This document shows, piece by piece, positions 19,733 to 29,764 of a stretch of DNA of 64,000 nt (its first letter is position 1; the number at the start of each line of letters is the position of its first letter). Below the pieces are notes generated by a model that was not told the origin of the DNA, did not search any database, and saw only the letters and a program-made list of their open reading frames with translations. The position numbers were made by a program, and so were the translations under genes. The DNA is from Candidatus Marinacidobacterales bacterium. GTDB lineage: Bacteria > Acidobacteriota > Vicinamibacteria > Marinacidobacterales > SMYC01. The stretch is from contig OZ250169.1 of assembly GCA_965237955.1 (NCBI GenBank), forward strand, positions 5,856,001 to 5,920,000, in the 5' to 3' direction.

Positions 19733-21037
19733 ATGTTTACGGTATTTCCGAGCACCGGTAGTATGCTATCGAGGATGCTCGAGAAGAGCTTTTCGACTCT
19801 TGCCGTCGTGGTGATGACGGCGAGTTTCGTTCATGGCGAGGATTGGCCCCACTGGCGCGGGCCGACGCGTGACGGGATCAGCGGCGAGACCGAGCTTCCG
19901 ACCGAATGGAGTCCGACCAAAAACGTTACTTGGCGGATTCCCATGCCCGACCGGAGCGGATCGACACCTATCATCTGGGGCGAGACGATCTTTCTGAACG
20001 TGGCGGATGAGGGTGAGCTGTTTCTGTGGGCGCTCGACCGTAACGATGGAAGTCTGAAGTGGAAGGCGTTTGTGAGCGGCGGTGATCGCCGTCAACGCAA
20101 GCAGAACATGTCGTCACCGTCACCGGTCACCGATGGCGAACGCGTGTGGGTGATGACAGGCACCGGCTTGCTGCGGGCGTTCGACTTCGACGGGAAGGAA
20201 CAGTGGTCTCGAGATATCCAATCCGACTACGGTCGGTTCGGACTCAACTGGGGCTACGCATCATCGCCTCTTCTGTTCGAGGGGGCGCTCTATTTGCCGG
20301 TGCTTCACGGCATGAAGACCGACGACCCTTCATATCTCTTGAAGATCGATGCCGCGACCGGCGAGACAGTGTGGCGAGTGGAACGCCTCACGAACGCGAT
20401 CCGGGAATCTCCGGACGCCTACATCACCCCAGCGCTTCTCGAGTACGACGGCAAGCGTGAGATCGTCCTGACTGGAGGCGATGTCGTGACCGGTCATGAT
20501 TTGGGTACGGGCGAGGAGCTCTGGCGCGCCGACGGCTTGAACCCGGAGAACGATCCAAACTATCGCATCATCGCCTCACCCGTCGTCTTCGGAGGCATCA
20601 TCTATGCCCCGACGCGCGTCCGCCCGATGCTTGCGCTCAAAGCTGGCGGCCGCGGCGACATCACCACGTCGCATCTTCTTTGGAAGTTCGGAAACGGCCC
20701 GGACGTCCCGACGCCCGTGACCGATGGCAAGTACCTTTACGTCGTGAACGATCGCGGCGTCACCTATTGTCTCGACGCGAAATCGGGCGAGGTTATCTGG
20801 GGGCCGCAGCGCATTGCCTCGGGCACGTACAGCTCGTCGCCCGTGCTCGCGGACGGCAAGATTTACATCACCAGCGAGGATGGGATCACGACGGTGATGA
20901 AGGCGGGACCGGAGTTCGGTGTCGTCGCCGAGAACGATCTCGAGAGCTACACGCTACCTTCGGTCGCGGTCTCTCGCGGACAGCTCTTTTTGCGGATGGA
21001 GGACTTCTTGTACTGCGTCGGTGAAAGAAAGCCGTAG
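19733..21037 (+). CDS. PQQ-binding-like beta-propeller protein
   Basis: [25 protein letters not shown]. Confidence 0.8.
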   Translation: MFTVFPSTGSMLSRMLEKSFSTLAVVVMTASFVHGEDWPHWRGPTRDGISGETELPTEWSPTKNVTWRIPMPDRSGSTPIIWGETIFLNVADEGELFLWALDRNDGSLKWKAFVSGGDRRQRKQNMSSPSPVTDGERVWVMTGTGLLRAFDFDGKEQWSRDIQSDYGRFGLNWGYASSPLLFEGALYLPVLHGMKTDDPSYLLKIDAATGETVWRVERLTNAIRESPDAYITPALLEYDGKREIVLTGGDVVTGHDLGTGEELWRADGLNPENDPNYRIIASPVVFGGIIYAPTRVRPMLALKAGGRGDITTSHLLWKFGNGPDVPTPVTDGKYLYVVNDRGVTYCLDAKSGEVIWGPQRIASGTYSSSPVLADGKIYITSEDGITTVMKAGPEFGVVAENDLESYTLPSVAVSRGQLFLRMEDFLYCVGERKP

Positions 21038-21051
21038 ATCAAATCCGCCGT

Positions 21052-21891
21052 TCAAGCGAGAGCGAACTTCACTGTAACCGTCATCAGGATCGGTACCGGA
21101 GTCCCGCCGATGACGGTGGGCTCCTACTTCCAGCACTTGACCGCTTCGACGGCGGCGCCATCGAGCAGCGGAATGGAGCGCAGGATGCGCAGGTTCTCGA
21201 CGTTGCCCTCGCCGTTGATGGTGGCCTCGAGGATGACCAGACCCTCGACGCGCGCGGCGGTGACGATAGCGGGGTACACAGGATCGATGTGAACGAGTTT
21301 TTCGGGACGCTCGAACTCGCCGGTCACGACGTAGATCGTGGGCTCCGGTTCCGGTCCGCTCGGCACAAGAATCCCACCCAGGCCGCCAACCAACCCCCCG
21401 ATGACGCCGCCGGGAACGCCGTCCTCGACACCTTCGTCGAAGCCGAAACCCGTGAAGTCACCAATATCGCCCGGCATCGTCGAGGGTACGAGATCCGCGA
21501 GCCGCATCGGCGTCGCCACCACCGGTCGTTTGCTGGCAACACTCGCGGTCGACGTGGGCGTGGCGACGGCTGCCGGAGGTGGGGGAGGCGGTGTCGGAGC
21601 AAGCGGCGCAACCATCATGAACGTCTTGACGACGCGCGGCGCAGGAAGCTCACTTTCCGCTGTGACCGAGCGTAGAACCCAGAACCCGACGACGAGCGCC
21701 TGAAACGCGAGCGACACGCATAGCCAGCGGAGTCTTTTCGGTCGCGTACGGTCGCAGGGATCCGCGAACAGATCTTCGTTCGACGCGCCGCGCCAGGAAG
21801 TGCTTGTGTTTTCTTCCAGATCCGTGGAGTGTGCGTGTCTGTCTACGAGGTTCAACGTGATGAGCTCCCGTCCCGTCATACCTGCCCCCAA
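21052..21891 (-). pseudogene. Energy transducer TonB with in-frame TAG near the C-terminus
   Basis: Pro-rich linker, GVPGGVIGG, PVYP..A..ARVEGLVILEATI; WK*EPTVIGGTPVPILMTVTVKF continues past the TAG at 21124-21126. Confidence 0.72.
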
Positions 21892-21973
21892 TTCTGCGGC
21901 GCTGAATCACATGTCTAGTAGATAAGACGGACGTAACCGCGAAGTTGACCTTATTTGGGCCGTTACCGCCCGA

Positions 21974-23884
21974 TCAGGAGGTTTTCAGTCGAAGCTGGCG
22001 GGCGAGGACGGCGACGAGAACCGCGAGCCCGATGCCGTTCACGGCGCCCCACCCGCTTCCCGGAAAAAACAGCAGGGCGGCTGCAACGAGAACCGCGGCG
22101 CGATATGCGGGCGTCAACGGGCCGTGCAAATAACCCGCGATTCCGGCCGCGAGCGGAATGATGCCGAGGATGGCGATCGCAGCCGCGGATAGCGCGGTGA
22201 ACAGCCCGACGTTCGAGCCGTCGGCACTGAGGAAAAGGAGCTCGGGTCGGAACACGAACATGAACGGCAACGTGAACCCGACCAGTGCGAACCGGAACGC
22301 GGCCAGGGCGGTGCGCATGATGTCGCAGTCGGCGATCGACGCAGCAGCATAGGCGGCGAGCGCGACCGGAGGGGTGACCATCGACATCATCCCGAAATAG
22401 AAGATGAAGAAATGGGCCGCCAGCGGGACGACGCCGAGCCCGCCGATGATGGGACCAATGAGCGTCGCCATGAGCAGGTAGCAGACTGCCGACGGGAGTC
22501 CCATCCCCAAAACGATCGAGCCCACCATGATCAATATCAGCGCCAGCAACAAGTTCTCACCCGCGAGGAGCAGGATCGTCGAGGGAAACTTCGTCCCGAT
22601 GCCGGTGAGTGTGACCACTCCGAGGATAATCCCGACCGTCGCGGCCGCGGCAACGAGCGGAACCCCGCCTTTCGCAGTTCGTGTGAACACGCGCTGGATT
22701 GCACTCCATGTGAGGCGCGTTCTCGCGTGAAAAAAGCTGAGACCCACCACAGCCGCGATCGCGAGGCTCACCGAGCGGAACACGGTGTAGCCGAGCAGAA
22801 GAAACCCTATGAGGGAGCCGAGGGTCAGGACGAAGACGATCCCTTCGTACATCAAACCGGAGGAGTCCGAGTCTTTCCGAGGCGCGGCAGGCACGTCTTG
22901 CATCCCGATCCGCTGCGAGTAGAAGTGAACGATGAGAAACAGAGCGAGATAGTAAATGAGCGCAGGGATCAGCGCAGCGCGGATCACTTCGATATAGGTG
23001 ACCGGCGGTGAAACGAGCTCGAGCATCATGTAGGCGCCGGCACCCATGACCGGTGGCACCAGCGCGCCTCCCGAGCTGGCCGCGGCGGTGACGCCGGCGG
23101 CGATATGGGGCTTGAACCCAATACTGCGCATCAGCGGAATCGTGAACGTTCCCATCGTCGCGGTGTTCGCGACCGCACTTCCCGATAGCGAGCCCATCAA
23201 GCCGCTGCTGAGAACCGCCACCTTCGCGGCACCGCCGGGCGAGTTCCGGAAAAGACGCTGCGCGAACGCGACGATGAATCCGCTGGCTCCGGTCGCCTCG
23301 AGCAACGCTCCGAAAAGCACGAACAAGAACACGTAGCTGAACATCACTTTGAGAGCGATGCCGAACACACCTTGGCTGTGTAAGAACGTCTGCGCGACGA
23401 TACGTTCCACCGAGTAACCACGATGGGGAAAGAGCCAAGACGGGAATTGTGAACCGAAGAGTGCGTAGAGAACGAAGAGCGAGGACAGGATCGGCAGCGC
23501 CCAGCCGAGACATCGCCGCGCGGCTTCGAGAACGAGGAGAACCCCGAGCCCGCCGACGAAGAAGTCGAGCGAGGACTCGGCCCCGGCTCGATCGCCGAGG
23601 GACGAGCCAGAGGTCCACATCGATTCGAACCGGGGCTCGGTCTGGACGACGACGTAGAGGCATACGAAGGCGGACGCGAGAGACGCGAGCGCATCGATCA
23701 ACCGCCCAACGCGCTCCGGCTTTTGGGTTGGAAAGAACAAGAAGCAAAGAACGAGACCGAAGAGGGCGAAAATCGCTAGCTGCGACTGCGGTGAGAGCTG
23801 TGCGTAGTTGGCTTCGACGAGAACGAAGACCGACAGGCCTATCGACAGCGCAAGAATGAGGTGCCCGCGGAACGCGGTGGGCAT
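21974..23884 (-). CDS. TRAP transporter fused 4TM/12TM permease (TAXI-type)
   Basis: GSLSGSAVAN, TFTIPLM, PPVMGAGA, LGMGLP, VTPPVALAAYAAA. Confidence 0.9.
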   Translation of the reverse strand: MPTAFRGHLILALSIGLSVFVLVEANYAQLSPQSQLAIFALFGLVLCFLFFPTQKPERVGRLIDALASLASAFVCLYVVVQTEPRFESMWTSGSSLGDRAGAESSLDFFVGGLGVLLVLEAARRCLGWALPILSSLFVLYALFGSQFPSWLFPHRGYSVERIVAQTFLHSQGVFGIALKVMFSYVFLFVLFGALLEATGASGFIVAFAQRLFRNSPGGAAKVAVLSSGLMGSLSGSAVANTATMGTFTIPLMRSIGFKPHIAAGVTAAASSGGALVPPVMGAGAYMMLELVSPPVTYIEVIRAALIPALIYYLALFLIVHFYSQRIGMQDVPAAPRKDSDSSGLMYEGIVFVLTLGSLIGFLLLGYTVFRSVSLAIAAVVGLSFFHARTRLTWSAIQRVFTRTAKGGVPLVAAAATVGIILGVVTLTGIGTKFPSTILLLAGENLLLALILIMVGSIVLGMGLPSAVCYLLMATLIGPIIGGLGVVPLAAHFFIFYFGMMSMVTPPVALAAYAAASIADCDIMRTALAAFRFALVGFTLPFMFVFRPELLFLSADGSNVGLFTALSAAAIAILGIIPLAAGIAGYLHGPLTPAYRAAVLVAAALLFFPGSGWGAVNGIGLAVLVAVLARQLRLKTS

Positions 23885-23892
23885 GCGAGTGG

Positions 23893-24064
23893 TCAGCTTT
23901 CAGGCCAGATGCCGAGCTCGCGGTAATAGCGAACCGCGCCCGGATGAAATTCCACGCAGGTATCGCGAACGACGTTTTCGGGATTGATGGGTCATCTGAT
24001 AAACGAGCGCTCCGGTGGCAATGACCATCGCAACGATGGCTGACAGAAGAGGTTGATGTCGCAT
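23893..24064 (-). pseudogene. TAXI TRAP solute receptor with large internal deletion
   Basis: Signal-peptide start joined out of frame to the C-terminal FHPGAVRYYRELG. Confidence 0.65.
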
Positions 24065-24112
24065 CGGCGGCGATGATAGTGGCGACCTGAGGCCGAAGCA
24101 AGCCCTGATGGT

Positions 24113-26242
24113 TTACAGCTTGACGTCGACGCTGAAAAAAGCCGAGATCGGAGGAGCGGGAATCACGGACGTAGCGCCGAAGCCGCGCAAGAAATACTCG
24201 CGATCGGTCAGATTCTTCACGTTGAGTCGTAGCTGGACCGCACCGATGCGGTAGAAGATCATCGCGTCGAACGTCAGCACACCGTCGAGCGCGAACAGGT
24301 TGTCCTCGGCGATGAACTGATGGCTCACATAGCGCCCGCCGCCACCGATGCCCCAATTCGAGGCGAAGTCGTGGCTGAGCCAGAAATTCAGAATGTGTTT
24401 CGGTGCGAACGCCGGATCGTTGCCCGAACGATCGAAAACCACGACCGCCGGCGGCGCAATCGAGACGACGACGGCTTCGCTGAAATTGGTGAGCTCGGAG
24501 TCGTTGAACGCGTACGAGACAAAAGCTCTCGAGCGCGAGCTCGGTTGCGCCGCGAAATCGATCTCGAATCCGCGCGAGCGTTGGTTGCCGGTCTGCTGCG
24601 TGAAGCCGGTGTCGTCCGGGATCGGGATGTTCTCGCGTTCGAGTTGATAGACGGCGAACGTCGTCTCCGCGTTCAAGGCACCGAAGCGCTTCTTGACGCC
24701 GGCTTCGATCTGAGTGCTTCGCTCGGGCACGAGCTCACCGATGACCCGCGGTGATGGCGGGGCGAACGATCGCGAGAAGTTTCCGTAGATCGAAAGCTCG
24801 TCGTTGGGTGCCGCGAGAATTCCGACCATGGGGGAGAACTCGGTGTCGTTGCGCTCGCGTGCGCTAGCCTCGTCCTTGAAATCGATATTGTCGACGCGCC
24901 CGCCTATTAACACGTTCACGTACTCACCGAGCTCGATCTGGTCGATCACGTACGGAGCGATGACGATGCTTCGGGAATCTCCGGCGAAGCCCACGCCCGG
25001 AAGAGGAATCGGCTCGGAGCCCGGGGGCTCGACGGGGTCGAATAGATCGACAAGAGGGAGAAGGCTCACGTCGAGGGTGAACACGTCCGCGTAGCGGGCG
25101 AGCTCGAGCCCAGTCAACAAGCTGTGTCGTACCGCGCCGGTGTCGAAGGAGAAGATTGCTTCGAACTGGTTTCCAGTGAGATCTTGCCGGTCGTCGAGCT
25201 CGAGAAGACTGCGGATGAGACCGAACGATGTCGGCCCGGTCGGAATGGCGCCGTTGAAGATGGTGCCGTTCGTCATCCAGTCGAGATCGCGCCGATAGAA
25301 CTTGTCACGTATCGTGACCGAGCTCGAGATTACTTTTTGGTAGTCCGCCTGGAAGCGAAAGACTTCCTGTTCGGACATGTCGAGCGGTGACTGGTAGTTG
25401 GTGTCGAGCTCGACGGGCGCAATCTCGTTACCAAGAGCCGGGATACCGCTATCCGGCGTGAAGTCCGCGTTCATGTACTCGAAGTTGACGTTGAGATTCG
25501 AGGTGTCGTCGAATCGCCACGTCAGCGCGGGGTTGATGGCGGCGGTGCGTCCGCCCTTGCCCTCGCGATGGCTCCCTTGGTCACGGAAGAGTCCGTTCAA
25601 GCGAAACGACACGGGGTTGTCGACGCTTCCGGTGTTCCAATCGAAGGAACCCTCGTAGTTGTCGAACGAGCCCGCGGCCAGATGGAAATCGAGGAAATTA
25701 GCCGGCGCGGGCTGTTTTCTGACGAGGTTGATCGCCCCCGCCAACGGGTTGCTCCCATAGAGAAAACCGCCCGGCCCTTTCAGCACTTCCACGCGCTCCA
25801 CGTTGTAGAGCTGGTAGAAGGTCGCTTCCGGCTCGGCGGCTCCGTCGGTGAGCACGAGAGCACTCGACAACGAATCGAATCCGCGGATGTAGAAGAAATC
25901 GTGGACCCCGTTTTGCGTTTGAATATTAATGTTACTGACGTTCACCAAAGCGTCGCCGACCACTCGATCGAACTGCTCGTTGAACAACGGCGCGGTCACG
26001 ACACCGACGTTACTCGGCGTCAGCCGTAACTCGAGAGGGAGGCGAGCAATCACCGTATTCGAGTTGGGCACGTAGGGCAGTGAATCTTCGACGTAGACGT
26101 ACTCCTCCACTTCCGGACGAGGCGCTCCGGAGGTTGTCTTCTCCGGGTCGCCGTCCGTTTTTTGCTCTTGTGGGTGAGCGAGACCCGCAAACAGCGTGAT
26201 GGCGGCTAGTAGAAACGCGATCGTTCCATGCTTATGGCCCAT
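24113..26242 (-). CDS. TonB-dependent receptor
   Basis: Plug motif YNVERVEVLKGPGGFLYG..GAINLVRK; NLTDREY near the C-terminus. Confidence 0.9.
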   Translation of the reverse strand: MGHKHGTIAFLLAAITLFAGLAHPQEQKTDGDPEKTTSGAPRPEVEEYVYVEDSLPYVPNSNTVIARLPLELRLTPSNVGVVTAPLFNEQFDRVVGDALVNVSNINIQTQNGVHDFFYIRGFDSLSSALVLTDGAAEPEATFYQLYNVERVEVLKGPGGFLYGSNPLAGAINLVRKQPAPANFLDFHLAAGSFDNYEGSFDWNTGSVDNPVSFRLNGLFRDQGSHREGKGGRTAAINPALTWRFDDTSNLNVNFEYMNADFTPDSGIPALGNEIAPVELDTNYQSPLDMSEQEVFRFQADYQKVISSSVTIRDKFYRRDLDWMTNGTIFNGAIPTGPTSFGLIRSLLELDDRQDLTGNQFEAIFSFDTGAVRHSLLTGLELARYADVFTLDVSLLPLVDLFDPVEPPGSEPIPLPGVGFAGDSRSIVIAPYVIDQIELGEYVNVLIGGRVDNIDFKDEASARERNDTEFSPMVGILAAPNDELSIYGNFSRSFAPPSPRVIGELVPERSTQIEAGVKKRFGALNAETTFAVYQLERENIPIPDDTGFTQQTGNQRSRGFEIDFAAQPSSRSRAFVSYAFNDSELTNFSEAVVVSIAPPAVVVFDRSGNDPAFAPKHILNFWLSHDFASNWGIGGGGRYVSHQFIAEDNLFALDGVLTFDAMIFYRIGAVQLRLNVKNLTDREYFLRGFGATSVIPAPPISAFFSVDVKL

Positions 26243-26499
26243 TCAATCTCCGTGCTCAAGAACGCCCCGGCAATGCAATTCGCCATCATAGATAGGGGGG
26301 GACTTGGCCGCAAATCTCGTCGCTTTACATTCGGAGAGCGCTGAAATACTTTGGAGTCCTCAGACACTCTCCATGAGAGGACCGATCGGTGAAACGATTC
26401 AACGCCATCTTCAACTGGCACGAAGAGCTGCTTAGGCTGGTTCCGGTGAATTGAGTGGGGATGTGATGGACGCAGCTCGCGAAAGAACATGAAAAACAT

Positions 26500-26700
26500 T
26501 TCCGGTTAAGGCAGACTGGTGCGGTCCGGAGCGGTGAGATCGACGAACCAGTGGGGCCGTTGAGACCGTTCAACTGGCTGATCCGGCGTGTGCGTTGGTA
26601 GAGCGAATAAGTAGGCGTCGCCGTGAGCGCTTTGTCCACGGTGCGAGCCTGAGATCCTGATTAATGAAGTTGATTAGCACGCGCTCCGCTGCGGCGATGA
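26500..26700 (+). ncRNA. Candidate IS110 bridge-type RNA (repeated in each copy)
   Basis: Non-coding left end with long-range stem CGGAGCG/CGCTCCG, internal hairpins, and segments matching the flank and the donor end (see findings). Confidence 0.55.
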
Positions 26701-26709
26701 GGAGGAGCG

Positions 26710-27987
26710 ATGCCAAACCGGATTGCTGGGATAGACGTTCACAAGAAGATGCTGGCGGTGGTGGTCGCCGACATCGCAGTAGAGGGCGAGTATAAGTTTT
26801 CGCGCCGGCGTGTGGGTACGAGACCGAGTGAGCTTCGGGCTCTGGCGGAGTGGCTGGTGGCCGAGGGGGTCGATGAAGTAGTGATGGAATCGACCGCGCA
26901 ATATTGGCGCCCGGTGTGGGAGGCGTTGGAGCGGTCCTGGGCTCCGCAGTGCCGAGCTCGGCCGGGCGCGGGTGCGCAGTCGGGCAACTTGCATCTGGCG
27001 CAAGCAAAGTCGAATCGCGGCGCGCGGGGTCGGAAGCGGGATTTTCCGGATGCCGAACGATTGGTGAAGCGTTTGGTGGCGCAGGAGCTGACTCTAAGCT
27101 TCGTTCCCGAGCCGGAGCAGCGCCTGTGGCGAACGGTGATGCGCCGCAAGTACCAGTTCACGCGTAACCGGGTTCAGCTCCAAAACCGCCTAGAGTCGTT
27201 GCTGGAGGAAGCGCATCTAAAGTTGTCGAGCCTGGTGTCGGATCTTCTGGGGCTGAGTGCGCGGCAGATGTTGCAAGCCTTGGCGGACGGGGAAACGGAG
27301 CCGGCCCGCTTGGCGGAGTTGGCCGACCGTCGATTGCGTGCCACGCCCGAGCAGTTGTGCGATGCGCTCGGCGCGTGTGCCGATCTCAACCCCGTCTATC
27401 GGAAGCTCGTGCAAATGACGCTCGAGGAATTACGATTGCTCGAAGAGCAGAGCGCGCAACTCGATGAAGAGATGGCGCATCTGCTCGGCGAGCATCAAGC
27501 AGCTGTGCAACGACTCGCTGAAGTGCCTGGGCTCGGCGTGGATTCGGCGCAGCAGATCATCGCGGAAGTCGGGGCGAGCGCCGAGACGTTTCCGTCGGCC
27601 AAGCACCTCGCGTCCTGGGTGGGCGTGTGCCCCGGAGAGCACGAAAGCGCCGGCAAAAGCTACAGCCATCGCTCGCCCAAAGGCAGTCGGCCGATGCGCC
27701 GCCTCCTCAATCAAGCCGCCAACGCGGCCGTCAAGACCAAAGGGAGTTTCTTCCAGCTCGTGTACCGGCGGTTGGTTCCACGCCTGGGGCACGCGCAAGC
27801 CATCTGGGCCGTTGCCCATCGGTTGTGTCGTTTAATCTGGAAGATTCTCCACCAGGGCGTTGACTATGAGGAACGTGGCCCCGACGTTAGCCGCGCGCGC
27901 TCCAAACGACGCATTGCCAATATGATCCGCGACCTGCGCAAACTCGGATATCACATCGAGCCTTCTCTACGGGGAGATCCAGCATGA
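26710..27987 (+). CDS. IS110-family recombinase/transposase (DEDD RuvC-like + Transposase_20)
   Basis: GIDVHK, MESTAQYW, RDFPDA, VPGLG, HESAGK. Confidence 0.95.
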   Translation: MPNRIAGIDVHKKMLAVVVADIAVEGEYKFSRRRVGTRPSELRALAEWLVAEGVDEVVMESTAQYWRPVWEALERSWAPQCRARPGAGAQSGNLHLAQAKSNRGARGRKRDFPDAERLVKRLVAQELTLSFVPEPEQRLWRTVMRRKYQFTRNRVQLQNRLESLLEEAHLKLSSLVSDLLGLSARQMLQALADGETEPARLAELADRRLRATPEQLCDALGACADLNPVYRKLVQMTLEELRLLEEQSAQLDEEMAHLLGEHQAAVQRLAEVPGLGVDSAQQIIAEVGASAETFPSAKHLASWVGVCPGEHESAGKSYSHRSPKGSRPMRRLLNQAANAAVKTKGSFFQLVYRRLVPRLGHAQAIWAVAHRLCRLIWKILHQGVDYEERGPDVSRARSKRRIANMIRDLRKLGYHIEPSLRGDPA

Positions 27988-28223
27988 CGATAGATGTTTT
28001 TCGATCCTGCAATTCGCCATCATAGATAGGGGGGGACTTGGCCGCAAATCTCGTCGCTTTACATTCGGAGAGCGCTGAAATACTTTGGAGTCCTCAGACA
28101 CTCTCCATGAGAGGACCGATCGGTGAAACGATTCAACGCCATCTTCAACTGGCACGAAGAGCTGCTTAGGCTGGTTCCGGTGAATTGAGTGGGGATGTGA
28201 TGGACGCAGCTCGCGAAAGAACA

Positions 28224-29743
28224 TGAAAAACATTTCCGGTTAAGGCAGACTGGTGCGGTCCGGAGCGGTGAGATCGACGAACCAGTGGGGCCGTTGAGAC
28301 CGTTCAACTGGCTGATCCGGCGTGTGCGTTGGTAGAGCGAATAAGTAGGCGTCGCCGTGAGCGCTTTGTCCACGGTGCGAGCCTGAGATCCTGATTAATG
28401 AAGTTGATTAGCACGCGCTCCGCTGCGGCGATGAGGAGGAGCGATGCCAAACCGGATTGCTGGGATAGACGTTCACAAGAAGATGCTGGCGGTGGTGGTC
28501 GCCGACATCGCAGTAGAGGGCGAGTATAAGTTTTCGCGCCGGCGTGTGGGCACGAGACCGAGTGAGCTTCGGGCTCTGGCGGAGTGGCTGGTGGCCGAGG
28601 GGGTCGATGAAGTAGTGATGGAATCGACCGCGCAATATTGGCGCCCGGTGTGGGAGGCGTTGGAGCGGTCCTGGGCTCCGCAGTGCCGAGCTCGGCCGGG
28701 CGCGGGTGCGCAGTCGGGCAACTTGCATCTGGCGCAAGCAAAGTCGAATCGCGGCGCGCGGGGTCGGAAGCGGGATTTTCCGGATGCCGAACGATTGGTG
28801 AAGCGTTTGGTGGCGCAGGAGCTGACTCTAAGCTTCGTTCCCGAGCCGGAGCAGCGCCTGTGGCGAACGGTGATGCGCCGCAAGTACCAGTTCACGCGTA
28901 ACCGGGTTCAGCTCCAAAACCGCCTAGAGTCGTTGCTGGAGGAAGCGCATCTAAAGTTGTCGAGCCTGGTGTCGGATCTTCTGGGGCTGAGTGCGCGGCG
29001 GATGTTGCAAGCCTTGGCGGACGGGGAAACGGAGCCGGCCCGCTTGGCGGAGTTGGCCGACCGTCGATTGCGTGCCACGCCCGAGCAGTTGTGCGATGCG
29101 CTCGGCGCGTGTGCCGATCTCAACCCCGTCTATCGGAAGCTCGTGCAAATGACGCTCGAGGAATTACGATTGCTCGAAGAGCAGAGCGCGCAACTCGATG
29201 AAGAGATGGCGCATCTGCTCGGCGAGCATCAAGCAGCTGTGCAACGACTCGCTGAAGTGCCTGGGCTCGGCGTGGATTCGGCGCAGCAGATCATCGCGGA
29301 AGTCGGGGCGAGCGCCGAGACGTTTCCGTCGGCCAAGCACCTCGCGTCCTGGGTGGGCGTGTGCCCCGGAGAGCACGAAAGCGCCGGCAAAAGCTACAGC
29401 CATCGCTCGCCCAAAGGCAGTCGGCCGATGCGCCGCCTCCTCAATCAAGCCGCCAACGCGGCCGTCAAGACCAAAGGGAGTTTCTTCCAGCTCGTGTACC
29501 GGCGCTTGGTTCCACGCCTGGGGCACGCGCAAGCCATCTGGGCCGTTGCCCATCGGTTGTGTCGTTTAATCTGGAAGATTCTCCACCAGGGCGTTGACTA
29601 TGAGGAACGTGGCCCCGACGTTAGCCGCGCGCGCTCCAAACGACGCATTGCCAATATGATCCGCGACCTGCGCAAACTCGGATATCACATCGAGCCTTCT
29701 CTACGGGGAGATCCAGCATGACGATAGATGTTTTTCGATCCTG
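28224..29743 (+). mobile_element. IS110 element, copy 2
   Basis: Near-identical to copy 1. Confidence 0.75.
28444..29721 (+). CDS. IS110 recombinase, copy 2
   Basis: 425 aa; one Q->R change versus copy 1. Confidence 0.95.
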   Translation: MPNRIAGIDVHKKMLAVVVADIAVEGEYKFSRRRVGTRPSELRALAEWLVAEGVDEVVMESTAQYWRPVWEALERSWAPQCRARPGAGAQSGNLHLAQAKSNRGARGRKRDFPDAERLVKRLVAQELTLSFVPEPEQRLWRTVMRRKYQFTRNRVQLQNRLESLLEEAHLKLSSLVSDLLGLSARRMLQALADGETEPARLAELADRRLRATPEQLCDALGACADLNPVYRKLVQMTLEELRLLEEQSAQLDEEMAHLLGEHQAAVQRLAEVPGLGVDSAQQIIAEVGASAETFPSAKHLASWVGVCPGEHESAGKSYSHRSPKGSRPMRRLLNQAANAAVKTKGSFFQLVYRRLVPRLGHAQAIWAVAHRLCRLIWKILHQGVDYEERGPDVSRARSKRRIANMIRDLRKLGYHIEPSLRGDPA

Positions 29744-29764
29744 GACGCAGCTCGCGAAAGAACA

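Larger units (their letters stand above)
26490..28009 (+). mobile_element. IS110-family element, copy 1 (ends inferred)
   Basis: Sub-terminal inverted repeat GAAAAACAT (26491-26499) / ATGTTTTTC (27994-28002); TG at both ends. Confidence 0.75.

Noticed and set aside
22557-24356. 599-aa alternate-frame ORF and similar long shadow ORFs (e.g. 1267-2235, 4256-5227, 45629-46741)
   Set aside because: They overlap well-supported genes; long open shadow frames are expected at high GC.
26274-26489. Alternative IS110 left end at TGCAATTCGCC (1734-bp element)
   Set aside because: Disfavoured, not excluded. GCGAAT (26603-26608) partly matches it, but the 9-bp sub-terminal IR, the GATCCTGA match and the gene-tail remnant in this segment favour 26490.
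26243-26490. Cobalamin or TPP riboswitch upstream of the TonB-dependent receptor
   Set aside because: No recognisable B12-box or TPP core motifs.
27984-28013. Junction promoter ATGACG-N18-TGCAAT
   Set aside because: Both boxes miss key consensus bases, so it is too weak to call.
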